From NCBI GenBank assembly GCA_030648675.1, contig JAUSGV010000066.1, forward strand, positions 1-33,941: a stretch of DNA of 33,941 nt, read 5' to 3'. Positions 9,419-17,412 of the stretch are shown in pieces (the stretch's first letter is position 1; each line of letters begins with the position of its first letter). Position numbers and translations under genes: made by a program. This DNA comes from Dehalococcoidales bacterium (GTDB lineage: Bacteria > Chloroflexota > Dehalococcoidia > Dehalococcoidales > UBA2162). The notes under the pieces were generated by a model, which made no database searches, had not been told where the DNA came from, and saw only the letters and a list, made by a program, of their open reading frames with translations.

Positions 9419-10585
9419 CTAATCTCCGCTGTAGTTACCCCAATATCTGGGCATCCGCAATCCTTGAAGGTTTTGTTGGCTCAGTAAAGCTTTCAATTCA
9501 GGAATATCAAAAGCCGGTTGATTATCGTCTGCGTATTGCTTCTTGATAGCAAGTATCTCATCCTGGATGGCAAAGAAAGCGTCTACGACATCCGGATCAA
9601 AGTGGCTCCCCCTGCCATCTTTGATGATGGCCAACGACTTATCTATAGAAAATGGCTCCTTATCTGGTCGCTTGGAAGTTAGGGCATCAAATACATCTGC
9701 GATTGCCGTGATGCGGCCGGCGTTTGGTATCTCTTTACCTTTTAGCCCACCTGGATAGCCGCTGCCATCCCATTTCTCATGATGAGACTGGGCTATAACC
9801 TCTCCCAGCTTAATAAATTCGGCGTCTGAACCCTTAAGTATTCTGGCACCAATGACCGTATGCAACTTCATGATTTCCCACTCCACCGGATCGAACTTGG
9901 CCGGTTTAACCAGTATATGGTCGGGTATACCCATCTTGCCTACATCATGCATAGGCGCTGCATAAAGAAGGGTCTTGATAGTATTCTCGTCCAGTCCTAT
10001 GCGGCGGGCGACCGCAGCAGAATAACGACTCATTCGCTTGATATGTGCGCCTGTGTCCTCGTCCTTGTACTCAGAGTCCATAGACAGCCGGTAAATCGTG
10101 TCCAGCGAAGCTGTTTTTATCCCCTCAACGGCTTGCCTTAATTCCTCTGTCCTCCTGGTTACCTCGGACTCCAGCTCTGTCCGGTAATTACTCATCAAGT
10201 CGTTGTAGGCTTTGACCTTCAGCAGAGACTGTACCCTGGCTAAAAGCTCCGTCTTGTCAACGGGCTTTGAAAGGAAATCGTCACAACCGGCTTCAATACC
10301 TTTTACCCGGTCTTCCGTTTCTCGCAATGCTGTAACTAAAATCATGGGGAGCAATCGATGTATATTATCCTGCCGAACCCTACGGGCTACTTCAAAACCG
10401 TCCATGCCCGGCATCATGACGTCCAGCAAAATCAGATCGATTTGATTATCAGAGAGTTTCCCAAGAGCCTCTTCACCGCTTGCCGCCTTGACAATTTTAT
10501 AACCCTGCGGAGCAAGATAGGCTTCGAGAAGTTCAACGTTTTGGGTCTGGTCATCGACAACTAAAATTACCGGTTTGTCCTTCAC
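9419..10585 (-). CDS. Response regulator with HD-GYP output domain (RpfG-like, probable c-di-GMP phosphodiesterase)
   Basis: 388 aa. The N-terminal receiver has VVDD..., LDVMMPGMDG and SKP. The C-terminal domain has HDVGK and HHEKWDGSGYP (HD-GYP signature). Confidence 0.9.
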   Translation of the reverse strand: MKDKPVILVVDDQTQNVELLEAYLAPQGYKIVKAASGEEALGKLSDNQIDLILLDVMMPGMDGFEVARRVRQDNIHRLLPMILVTALRETEDRVKGIEAGCDDFLSKPVDKTELLARVQSLLKVKAYNDLMSNYRTELESEVTRRTEELRQAVEGIKTASLDTIYRLSMDSEYKDEDTGAHIKRMSRYSAAVARRIGLDENTIKTLLYAAPMHDVGKMGIPDHILVKPAKFDPVEWEIMKLHTVIGARILKGSDAEFIKLGEVIAQSHHEKWDGSGYPGGLKGKEIPNAGRITAIADVFDALTSKRPDKEPFSIDKSLAIIKDGRGSHFDPDVVDAFFAIQDEILAIKKQYADDNQPAFDIPELKALLSQQNLQGLRMPRYWGNYSGD

Positions 10586-10625
10586 ATCTTCTCTTTTAAA
10601 TTCGACCTTTCAACACATTAGGAAC

Positions 10626-11008
10626 TCACTTAATGAATTGACTAATTTCCTTGGCGAAGGTACGCGTATTTATCGGTTTACCTATAAAATCCGCTGTTGG
10701 GCATGCTTTTTATGGCATCTATGCCCTCTGCCATTACTGAGACCCAAGTCGAAAGCAGAAGTAACGTTCCTCAAGACGGGCATTCATCGAAGAACGGCCT
10801 TCGGCTGGTTCTCCTGTCCTTATGTCATGCTGCTCTATATTTGGGGTGGGGGGGGTGACTCTTTAGATTCAACATCTTTCTGTATATCCATACGTTCTGA
10901 CATTACAAATGCAGGCTCCGTATTTACAAAACCTGCACTCCCTATCTGTATTTGTTTCTGGAAAGCTATTCTAAACTGAGGAAACGGAGTATATCCTCCA
11001 CCAAGCAA
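10626..11008 (-). pseudogene. Decayed receiver (REC) domain remnant, split over three frames
   Basis: Minus-strand fragments are: 11008-10835 ...AFVMSERMDIQKDVESKESPPPPQI* (MDIQ acceptor-box-like); 10783-10682 MPVLRNVTSAFDL... (PV..VT.AF, beta4-like); and 10694-10626 ADFIGKPINTRTFAKEISQFIK* (the D.F..KPI..R.. receiver C-terminus). No intact ORF of 60 aa or more exists. A C8 run (G8 on the + strand, 10848-10855) sits at one frame break. Confidence 0.35.
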
Positions 11009-11010
11009 AT

Positions 11011-11244
11011 TTAATGTAGAGGAATTTTCTCCTTTTCCTTGGACTCATATTTGATTTCAATAGTTGTTTCCTTGCCCGCCGCAAAATTCAACTCGATTTC
11101 TGAGTCTTCATCAACTTCCAAGAGTTTTTTTGCCATTTCCTTAGCACTCTTTAGCGGGAGCGGAATGGTGATGGTATTATTGATCTTCAGCCAGTCCGGG
11201 ATAGCTTTCAGATGAGCGATAATTTTTAATACTTTTTTCGGCAA
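11011..11244 (-). CDS. Hypothetical small protein (77 aa), AT-rich, TTG start
   Basis: The only support is an ORF with charged, Lys/Glu-rich composition. The RBS is weak and I recognise no motif. Confidence 0.35.
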   Translation of the reverse strand: MPKKVLKIIAHLKAIPDWLKINNTITIPLPLKSAKEMAKKLLEVDEDSEIELNFAAGKETTIEIKYESKEKEKIPLH

Positions 11245-11289
11245 CTATTACTTCTGATTTTCCTATTTCTTAATCGCAAGCAAAATCTT

Positions 11290-11535
11290 CTAATTCTTTA
11301 TTGCGTGCAATGCTGCCTGGCCCTTACGGCTCGCCTCGGAGCCGGCGTCCTTAACCAGGTCTATAGCTCCTTCAGTTTTACCTTTGAGAGCATCCACCAC
11401 TTCACCGGTCTTGTCTTTAATTGCCTGTCTGGTCTCTTTACCCGACTTTGGTGCAAAGAGCAAAGCAAGAACTGCTCCAATAGCAACGCCAGTGACCAAT
11501 CCGATACCAAAACCGATAGCATTATCTTTATTCAT
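11290..11535 (-). CDS. YtxH domain protein (general-stress-type, N-terminal TM helix)
   Basis: The start is moved to ATG 11535 (MNKDNAIGFGIGLVTGVAIGAVLALLFAPKSGKETRQ...), which is preceded by AGGAGGA. LFAPKSGKETR is the YtxH hallmark. Confidence 0.8.
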   Translation of the reverse strand: MNKDNAIGFGIGLVTGVAIGAVLALLFAPKSGKETRQAIKDKTGEVVDALKGKTEGAIDLVKDAGSEASRKGQAALHAIKN

Positions 11536-11821
11536 TATTGTTTCCTCCTGCATTACTTTCTTTTTTGAACATTTGGCCGAAACCCTCGAATCCCCCACAA
11601 ATACCCTGAATCAGCGTCACTAACGAAATCACCGGCTTAATACCATCTCGTACCATGGTAGCGGTATCATGGGCAATTTTAGACGTCGCTTTAACCAACA
11701 AGATTGTGGACATTATCGTACGATACAGACGGTAGATTAGTATTGCGGCAAAAATGAGCAATGCCGTTGTCACAAATCCCAGGATGGTGATACTCAAATC
11801 ACGGAACCATTCGATACCCAC
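11528..11821 (-). CDS. DUF948-like membrane protein, translationally coupled to the YtxH gene
   Basis: GTG start at 11821 has GGAGG 6 nt upstream. The protein is a single N-terminal TM helix followed by a helical region. It overlaps the YtxH start by 8 nt. DUF948/YtxH pairing is known from Firmicutes ytx operons. The family call is tentative. Confidence 0.55.
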   Translation of the reverse strand: MGIEWFRDLSITILGFVTTALLIFAAILIYRLYRTIMSTILLVKATSKIAHDTATMVRDGIKPVISLVTLIQGICGGFEGFGQMFKKESNAGGNNNE

Positions 11822-12143
11822 TGGTTACCTCCTTCATTCGGTAGTGGGATGAGGGTGATTGGTGAGCCAGTCATTCAACCGGCTCACCAGGATATTGCTA
11901 AACCGACTTGTCTTCTATCACACATGGTTTCGCCAAACAATTTGAGTATGTGCTCTGAATCACGAAGCCACAACCCTCTTGCCGTGAAGCGGACAGATGC
12001 GTAAGTGCCAATAAACTAATCTAATGGATGGTAACTAAATAGCACTTGACAAACGTAGAGGTGGGGGGATACAGTGGTTCTCACAACAGGCACTAAAGTA
12101 GTAGACGATAGTAAGCTAAAGTGTACTAAAACGGCATTTCACA

Positions 12144-12869
12144 ATGGGGAATAAAGAAACAAAAACCGGCACTCTTGGGGTCCTGATGATTGGGTTCAAT
12201 CCAGTTGTCAAAGAAGGACTACAAGCGATTCTGGCCAAAGACGAGAGAATTGAAATAATCGGAGATGTGCCTAATGAGCTTGATGCCCTCGAGCGTATCA
12301 AACAGGCTCATAAACGAGGCCAACAAGTCCGTGTGGTATTGACTGAGACTCGGAACAGTAAAGTGGATAGCGTGCAAATTACCAAGGTTATCAAGGACAA
12401 ATTCCCGGAGGTAGCCGTGCTGGTTCTTACGGAAAACCTCAACGATTCTTATATAATTGACGCCATCCAGTCCGGTGCAGCGGGATACATATTTCTTAAG
12501 GACATGTCACCGGAATTATTACTGCAAAGTATCTATCGTGCGGTTGAAGGCGGTTCCCAGATAAGTACAACGGTACTGCGTTCTGCCGTTGAAAATTTAA
12601 TTCAAAATGGACGAAAGACTCTTTCGGAACGTACGGCGGAAGCGGCTCATCTTACTGAAAGAGAAGTTGACGTACTCAGGCTCATGGGCAATGGAGACTC
12701 GAACAAGATAATTGCCGAGGCTTTGGGTATCACCCTGGATACTACTAAAAAACATGTGCGAAATGTCATCGATAAACTACAGGCACGCAGCCGTACTCAT
12801 GCGGCTATTATCGCCGCTCAAGCCGGCATTGTAGGTAGCCCTATCAAGAGGGATATCATCGAAAACTGA
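12144..12869 (+). CDS. LuxR/NarL-family transcription regulator with a degenerate (Asp-less) receiver domain
   Basis: The C-terminal GerE/LuxR HTH reads LTEREVDVLRLMGNGDSNKIIAEALGITLDTTKKHVRNVIDKL. In the N-terminal receiver fold, the DD pair is GF (VLMIGFNP) and the acceptor Asp is Glu (VVLTETR). The T (VLVLTEN) and K (FLKD) positions are kept. Confidence 0.85.
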   Translation: MGNKETKTGTLGVLMIGFNPVVKEGLQAILAKDERIEIIGDVPNELDALERIKQAHKRGQQVRVVLTETRNSKVDSVQITKVIKDKFPEVAVLVLTENLNDSYIIDAIQSGAAGYIFLKDMSPELLLQSIYRAVEGGSQISTTVLRSAVENLIQNGRKTLSERTAEAAHLTEREVDVLRLMGNGDSNKIIAEALGITLDTTKKHVRNVIDKLQARSRTHAAIIAAQAGIVGSPIKRDIIEN

Positions 12870-13159
12870 CCGAGTGTGGTAGGCTGGGTGTTTCTCTTAC
12901 TGATTACATTCAACACATCCTAAAAATCAATTGGGCGAACCAACAAGTACTACCTTAGACACCACAAACAATCAAGCGATTCGTCCATCGAATAAAACCT
13001 TCACTATCGTCATTAGATTCGAACCAATCCAATCTACAACAAGCGGATTTTAATCCGATTCCCTTTTTGTTGCACAAAATTTCAGTTATGTTACGATAAT
13101 TATTAGAGGGTCGGATTGACCCGACGGAACGCACGGCTAAAAGCCGAAAGGATCGAAAT

Positions 13160-14566
13160 ATGCAGATAAAGATAACGTTTCTCGGTGCCGCCCACAACGT
13201 AACCGGCTCCAAATACTTACTGGAAGCAAACAACAAGCGACTCCTGATCGACTGCGGTCTGTTCCAGGAACGCCAGTTCCGCGCCCGTAACTGGGAACCT
13301 TTCGTCGTTCCCCCGGCAAGCATCGACGCCTTGCTCCTTACCCATGCCCATCTCGATCACTGCGGCTATATCCCCAAATTGGCCCGTGAAGGTTTTCACG
13401 GACCGGTCTACTGCACTGCTGCAACCGCCGAAATCGGCAGGATTACCCTGCTCGATACCGCGGGCATACAGGAAGAAGACGCAGCATTTAAAAAGAAACG
13501 GCACGAAAAGGAAGGCCGGCAAGTCCCCTATCCGGAAATCCCGCTGTATACGATCGATGACGCCAAGGCTTCCTTCCCTTTGTTGTCGCCGGTTCGCTAC
13601 GGAGACGTGGTCAAACTGGGGGAAGGTTTGGAAACCACCTTCCACGACGCCGGACACGTGCTCGGCTCGTCCATGATACGGTTAAAAATAAAGCAAAACA
13701 ATGAGGAACGTGTCCTCGTGTTTTCCGGAGACGTAGGACGCCACGGCAAGCCTATCCTGCGGGAGCCGACAACGTTCGAAGAAGCCGATTACGTTGTCGT
13801 CGAATCGACTTACGGCGACCGTTTGCTCGAGCCTTTGGATAAAACCGGGGAGCAGTTCGCCGACGTTATTAACAATACGGTCCAATTGGGAGGTAACATC
13901 GTTATCCCTTCCTTCGCCCTGGAAAGAACGCAGGAGGTCATGTACTATCTCAACCATCTGCAAGGTGAAAAGAAAATACCTAACCTCATTGTGTTCATCG
14001 ACAGCCCGATGGCCATCAGCCTGACCGAAGTTTTCAAGCATCATCCCGAGTTGTTCGACAAAGACATGACGGAACTCTTGCTCAGGGGGAAGTCCCCTTT
14101 TGACTGCCCCTGTATGCATCTGACGCGTACCGTCGACGAGTCCAAAGCCATAAACAACATCAAGGGTTCGGTAATAATCATATCCGGCTCCGGGATGGCC
14201 ACCGGCGGGCGCATCAAGCACCATCTCGTCAACAACATTTCGCGGCCCGACAGCACCATTCTTTTCGTCGGTTATCAGGCCGCGGACACCCTCGGCCGAC
14301 AGATTGTCGATGGTGCGAAAGAAGTCAGGATTTTAGGCCAGATGTACCCGGTTCAGGCCAAGATCGTGTATGCGAATAGTTTTTCGGGACACTCAGACCG
14401 GGACGGCCTGCTGCAGTGGTTGTCCGGCTTCAAGAGGGCGCCGAAGCACCTTTTTGTCACTCACGGCGAAGCCGCTTCGGCGGAAAATTTTGCCACCCTG
14501 GTAAGAGACAAGAAGGGGTGGGCGGTAACGGTACCGGAATATAAAGATTCCGTCGTTCTCGACTAG
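13160..14566 (+). CDS. Beta-CASP family metallo-beta-lactamase ribonuclease (CPSF73/RNase J-like)
   Basis: 468 aa with THAHLDHCG (HxHxDH). The size and layout fit MBL + beta-CASP + RMMBL, and the C-terminal FSGHSD and HGE motifs are present. Confidence 0.85.
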   Translation: MQIKITFLGAAHNVTGSKYLLEANNKRLLIDCGLFQERQFRARNWEPFVVPPASIDALLLTHAHLDHCGYIPKLAREGFHGPVYCTAATAEIGRITLLDTAGIQEEDAAFKKKRHEKEGRQVPYPEIPLYTIDDAKASFPLLSPVRYGDVVKLGEGLETTFHDAGHVLGSSMIRLKIKQNNEERVLVFSGDVGRHGKPILREPTTFEEADYVVVESTYGDRLLEPLDKTGEQFADVINNTVQLGGNIVIPSFALERTQEVMYYLNHLQGEKKIPNLIVFIDSPMAISLTEVFKHHPELFDKDMTELLLRGKSPFDCPCMHLTRTVDESKAINNIKGSVIIISGSGMATGGRIKHHLVNNISRPDSTILFVGYQAADTLGRQIVDGAKEVRILGQMYPVQAKIVYANSFSGHSDRDGLLQWLSGFKRAPKHLFVTHGEAASAENFATLVRDKKGWAVTVPEYKDSVVLD

Positions 14567-14727
14567 TGCTCCGATTTAATCGGGGCACCCCGAGCCGATT
14601 CGATTCCTCATACGGTGTCTCCCGATTTCGTACCTCATGCGGGATGCCGTGTGAAAGATATGAATCGGCACCGTATGACCGGAGGGAATCGGGATATGAG
14701 TGAAACGAATCGCGGCAAATCCTTTCC

Positions 14728-15453
14728 TCAGCCGCCAGGCGACCGTTTGCAGACCGCTTTTTTGCCGGTAATGTTCTGTTTATCCGACCATTCCCGCACG
14801 AGGTCGATAACCGCATCCGGCGTATCGCATATCCTGACAATGTTGAAGTCGTCTTCGGTGATCAAGCCCCGATCCAGGACGACGTTGCAGAGCCAATCCA
14901 GGAAGCCCGCCCAGTATTGCCCGTCGAAAAGGATTACAGGAAAGGGCTTTATCTTGTGGGTCTGGATCAAGACCAGCACTTCAGTCAGTTCATCCATGGT
15001 ACCCAGTCCGCCGGGCATGATGATGAAGGCGGAGGCGTATTTAACCAACATTACCTTGCGTACGAAAAAGTGATCAAAGGTGAGCGGCTTATTCACGAAA
15101 ATATTGCACGCCTGCGGCTCCGGAAGCTCAATATTAAGCCCGATGGATGCCACGCCGGCTTCGTGAGCTCCTTTGTTGGCGGCCTCCATTAACCCCGGAC
15201 CGCCACCGGTAACGATGGAATAACCCATCTCCCCCAGCCTGCGGGCGATCTCTACACACTGAGTGTAAAGCTTATCGTCGGGCTGAACATGCAGCGAGCC
15301 GTAAAAGCTTACTGACGGCTCGATCCCGGAAAGCTTGTCGAAACCCTCGACGAACTCCCCCATGATACGAAACATCCGCCACGACTCCTCCTTCGCATAG
15401 GCATTGATCTCGTAGGGTTTTCCATTGTGATTTTGCGCCGTATTTCGTGCCAT
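14728..15453 (-). CDS. LOG family protein (TIGR00730; cytokinin-riboside 5'-monophosphate phosphoribohydrolase-like)
   Basis: Motifs GGGPGLMEA and PGGLGTMDELTE are present. The start is moved from 15519 to ATG 15453 (MARNTAQ...), which has GGAGGG upstream. The extra N-terminal 22 codons of the track ORF lie in the repeat element. Confidence 0.85.
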   Translation of the reverse strand: MARNTAQNHNGKPYEINAYAKEESWRMFRIMGEFVEGFDKLSGIEPSVSFYGSLHVQPDDKLYTQCVEIARRLGEMGYSIVTGGGPGLMEAANKGAHEAGVASIGLNIELPEPQACNIFVNKPLTFDHFFVRKVMLVKYASAFIIMPGGLGTMDELTEVLVLIQTHKIKPFPVILFDGQYWAGFLDWLCNVVLDRGLITEDDFNIVRICDTPDAVIDLVREWSDKQNITGKKAVCKRSPGG

Positions 15454-15487
15454 ATCACCCTCCAATTGATTGAATGGTAACACATTT

Positions 15488-15625
15488 AGGCGAAGCACGA
15501 AATACGAAATCCGAAGCACGATACAAGCACAAATTTTTTAAATTCGAATAACCAATGCATTCGTGCTTTGAATTTTGAATTTGTTTCGTATTTCGATATT
15601 AGGATTTCGAATTTCGATTCATCAT
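15488..15625. repeat. AT-rich composite repeat element (AAGCAC units ... ATTTCGA heptad units), copy A
   Basis: The 24-nt block GAATTTGTTTCGTATTTCGATATT (15577-15600) is identical to 19933-19956. There is an internal 12-bp inverted repeat, CGAAATACGAAA (15498-15509) / TTTCGTATTTCG (15584-15595). Confidence 0.7.
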
Positions 15626-15673
15626 GGGAATGTTTTATTGCATGAGAACCTATCGTTTTTGAGAGTGTTCACC

Positions 15674-15702
15674 TTGACACTGCTGAAAGCCTGTGTTATG
15701 TT
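15674..15702 (+). promoter_or_regulatory. Sigma-A-type promoter of ilvD
   Basis: TTGACA (15674-15679), a 17-nt spacer, then TATGTT (15697-15702), with TG at the extended -10 position (15694-15695). Confidence 0.55.
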
Positions 15703-15738
15703 AATTTTTCATATTTCCCGTTCAAAGGCGGCGAGACT

Positions 15739-17406
15739 ATGAAAAGCGATGTCATTAAAAAAGGTATAGAACGAGCACCCCACCGGTCTCTTTTGCATGC
15801 CCTCGGCTGCACCACCGCCGATATGCAAAAACCGTTTGTCGGCATCGTCAACTCCTTCAGCGAGATCGTCCCGGGTCACATGCACCTGAGAACTATCGCC
15901 GAATCCGTGAAGAACGGCGTACGGGCCGGTGGCGGTGTACCTTTCGAGGTCAACACCATTGCCGTCTGCGACGGCATCGCCATGAACCACCCCGGTATGA
16001 AATACAGCTTGCCCAGCCGGGAACTGATCGCCGATTCAGTAGAGATCGTCGGCAGCGCTCATGCTTTCGACGCCCTGGTCTTTATTCCTAATTGCGACAA
16101 GATAATCCCCGGTATGATCATGGGCGCTTTGCGGCTGAATATACCGTCCATCTTTATCAGCGGCGGCCCCATGCTTAGAGGCTACCTGCCCACGGAAAAG
16201 GGTACCAGCAAGATAGACCTCAACTCCGTTTTCGAGGGCGTCGGCAAAGTGGCCGCGGGTAAAATGACCGAGAAAGAACTGGCCGAACTGGAAGAGCTTG
16301 CCTGCCCCGGCTGCGGCAGTTGTGCCGGTATGTTCACCGCGAACACCATGAACTGCTTGATGGAAGCCCTGGGCATCGCCCTTCCCGGCAACGGGACGAT
16401 CCCGGCAGTGGACTCACGCCGCCGCAAGCTGGCGGAAACCGCCGGAGAACAAATAATGAAATTGCACGCGGCGGGATTTAAGCCGCGGGATATTATCAAC
16501 GAAGACTCCCTCCACAATGCGCTTACCGTCGATATGGCCCTCGGCGGCAGCACCAACTCTGTTCTGCATCTGACGGCGATAGCTCACGAAGCCGGCGTTG
16601 ATTTTCCCCTGGCTCGAATAAATGAAATCAGTGAAGCCACCCCTCAATTGTGCTATTTGCGTCCCGCCGGTCCTTACCACATTGAAGACCTGGATCGTGC
16701 CGGCGGCATATCGGCCGTCATGAAAGAGCTGAAAGATTTGTTGCGGCTCAAGGCAAAAACTGTGTCCGGAAAATCGGTGTCCGGGGTAGTCGCCGCCGGA
16801 AAAGTAGCCGATAGAGATGTGATCCGCACCAAAGCCAACGCTTACGCCCCGAGGGGCGGATTGGCGGTACTTTTCGGCAATATTGCTCCCGACGGGTCTG
16901 TGGTTAAACGAAGCGCCGTCGCCCCGGAAATGATGAAACACCAGGGACCGGCCCGTGTTTTCGACTCCGAAGAGGATGCGACACAGGCGATAATACGTGG
17001 TAGTATAAAATCCGGTGAGGTACTGGTGATACGTTACGAAGGACCGAGGGGCGGACCGGGAATGAGAGAGATGCTGACGCCCACTTCGCTGCTAGCCGGA
17101 ATGGGTATGGACAAGGAAGTCGCCCTGATCACCGACGGGCGATTTTCCGGCGCCACCCGCGGTGCTGCCATCGGACACGTTTCTCCCGAAGCCGCGGACC
17201 GCGGACCGATCGCCGCCATAGCCGACGGCGATATCATTAAAATAGATATTCCCAATTTCCGCATCGCAGTCGACCTCACCAGCCGGGAGATTTCCCGGAG
17301 ACTGGCGAAGGTGGCCAAATTCGAGCCGAAAATAAAAAGCGGTTATCTCCGGCGTTACGCCGAAAATGTATCGTCGGCGAGTACCGGTGCTGTTTTTCAA
17401 GGATAG
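15739..17406 (+). CDS. ilvD: Dihydroxy-acid dehydratase
   Basis: 555 aa with the IlvD/Edd family sequence, including CDGIAMNH and [11 protein letters not shown] and the C-terminal [11 protein letters not shown]. Confidence 0.97.
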   Translation: MKSDVIKKGIERAPHRSLLHALGCTTADMQKPFVGIVNSFSEIVPGHMHLRTIAESVKNGVRAGGGVPFEVNTIAVCDGIAMNHPGMKYSLPSRELIADSVEIVGSAHAFDALVFIPNCDKIIPGMIMGALRLNIPSIFISGGPMLRGYLPTEKGTSKIDLNSVFEGVGKVAAGKMTEKELAELEELACPGCGSCAGMFTANTMNCLMEALGIALPGNGTIPAVDSRRRKLAETAGEQIMKLHAAGFKPRDIINEDSLHNALTVDMALGGSTNSVLHLTAIAHEAGVDFPLARINEISEATPQLCYLRPAGPYHIEDLDRAGGISAVMKELKDLLRLKAKTVSGKSVSGVVAAGKVADRDVIRTKANAYAPRGGLAVLFGNIAPDGSVVKRSAVAPEMMKHQGPARVFDSEEDATQAIIRGSIKSGEVLVIRYEGPRGGPGMREMLTPTSLLAGMGMDKEVALITDGRFSGATRGAAIGHVSPEAADRGPIAAIADGDIIKIDIPNFRIAVDLTSREISRRLAKVAKFEPKIKSGYLRRYAENVSSASTGAVFQG

Positions 17407-17412
17407 ACTGGC

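Noticed and set aside
10575-10979. Track ORF 10575..10979(+), 134 aa.
   Set aside because: It has no motif, starts inside the HD-GYP gene's start region and crosses the G8 tract. The opposite strand carries the receiver-like fragments, so it is more likely a non-coding or pseudogene region.
12990-13075. tRNA-like T-arm on the minus strand (ATTGG-TTCGAAT-CTAAT) plus a CGGAT-TAAA-ATCCG hairpin. I considered a tRNA gene or a tRNA 3'-half att remnant.
   Set aside because: No cloverleaf can be built. The 'anticodon' loop is only 4 nt, there is no matching 5' acceptor strand, and there is no CCA or discriminator context. No integrase is nearby to support an att site.
15488-15625. A CRISPR array, considered for the AT-rich repeat clusters at 15488-15625 and 19800-19975.
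   Set aside because: The units are 7-9 nt, irregular and partly inverted. There are no 25-40-nt direct repeats with unique spacers of similar length, and no cas genes.
15520-15738. T-box or attenuator leader upstream of ilvD, and likewise upstream of leuA (30738-31028).
   Set aside because: I could not find the conserved T-box sequence (AA.UGGGUGGUACCGCG-like) or a terminator/antiterminator pair. The predicted ilvD 5' UTR is only about 30 nt.
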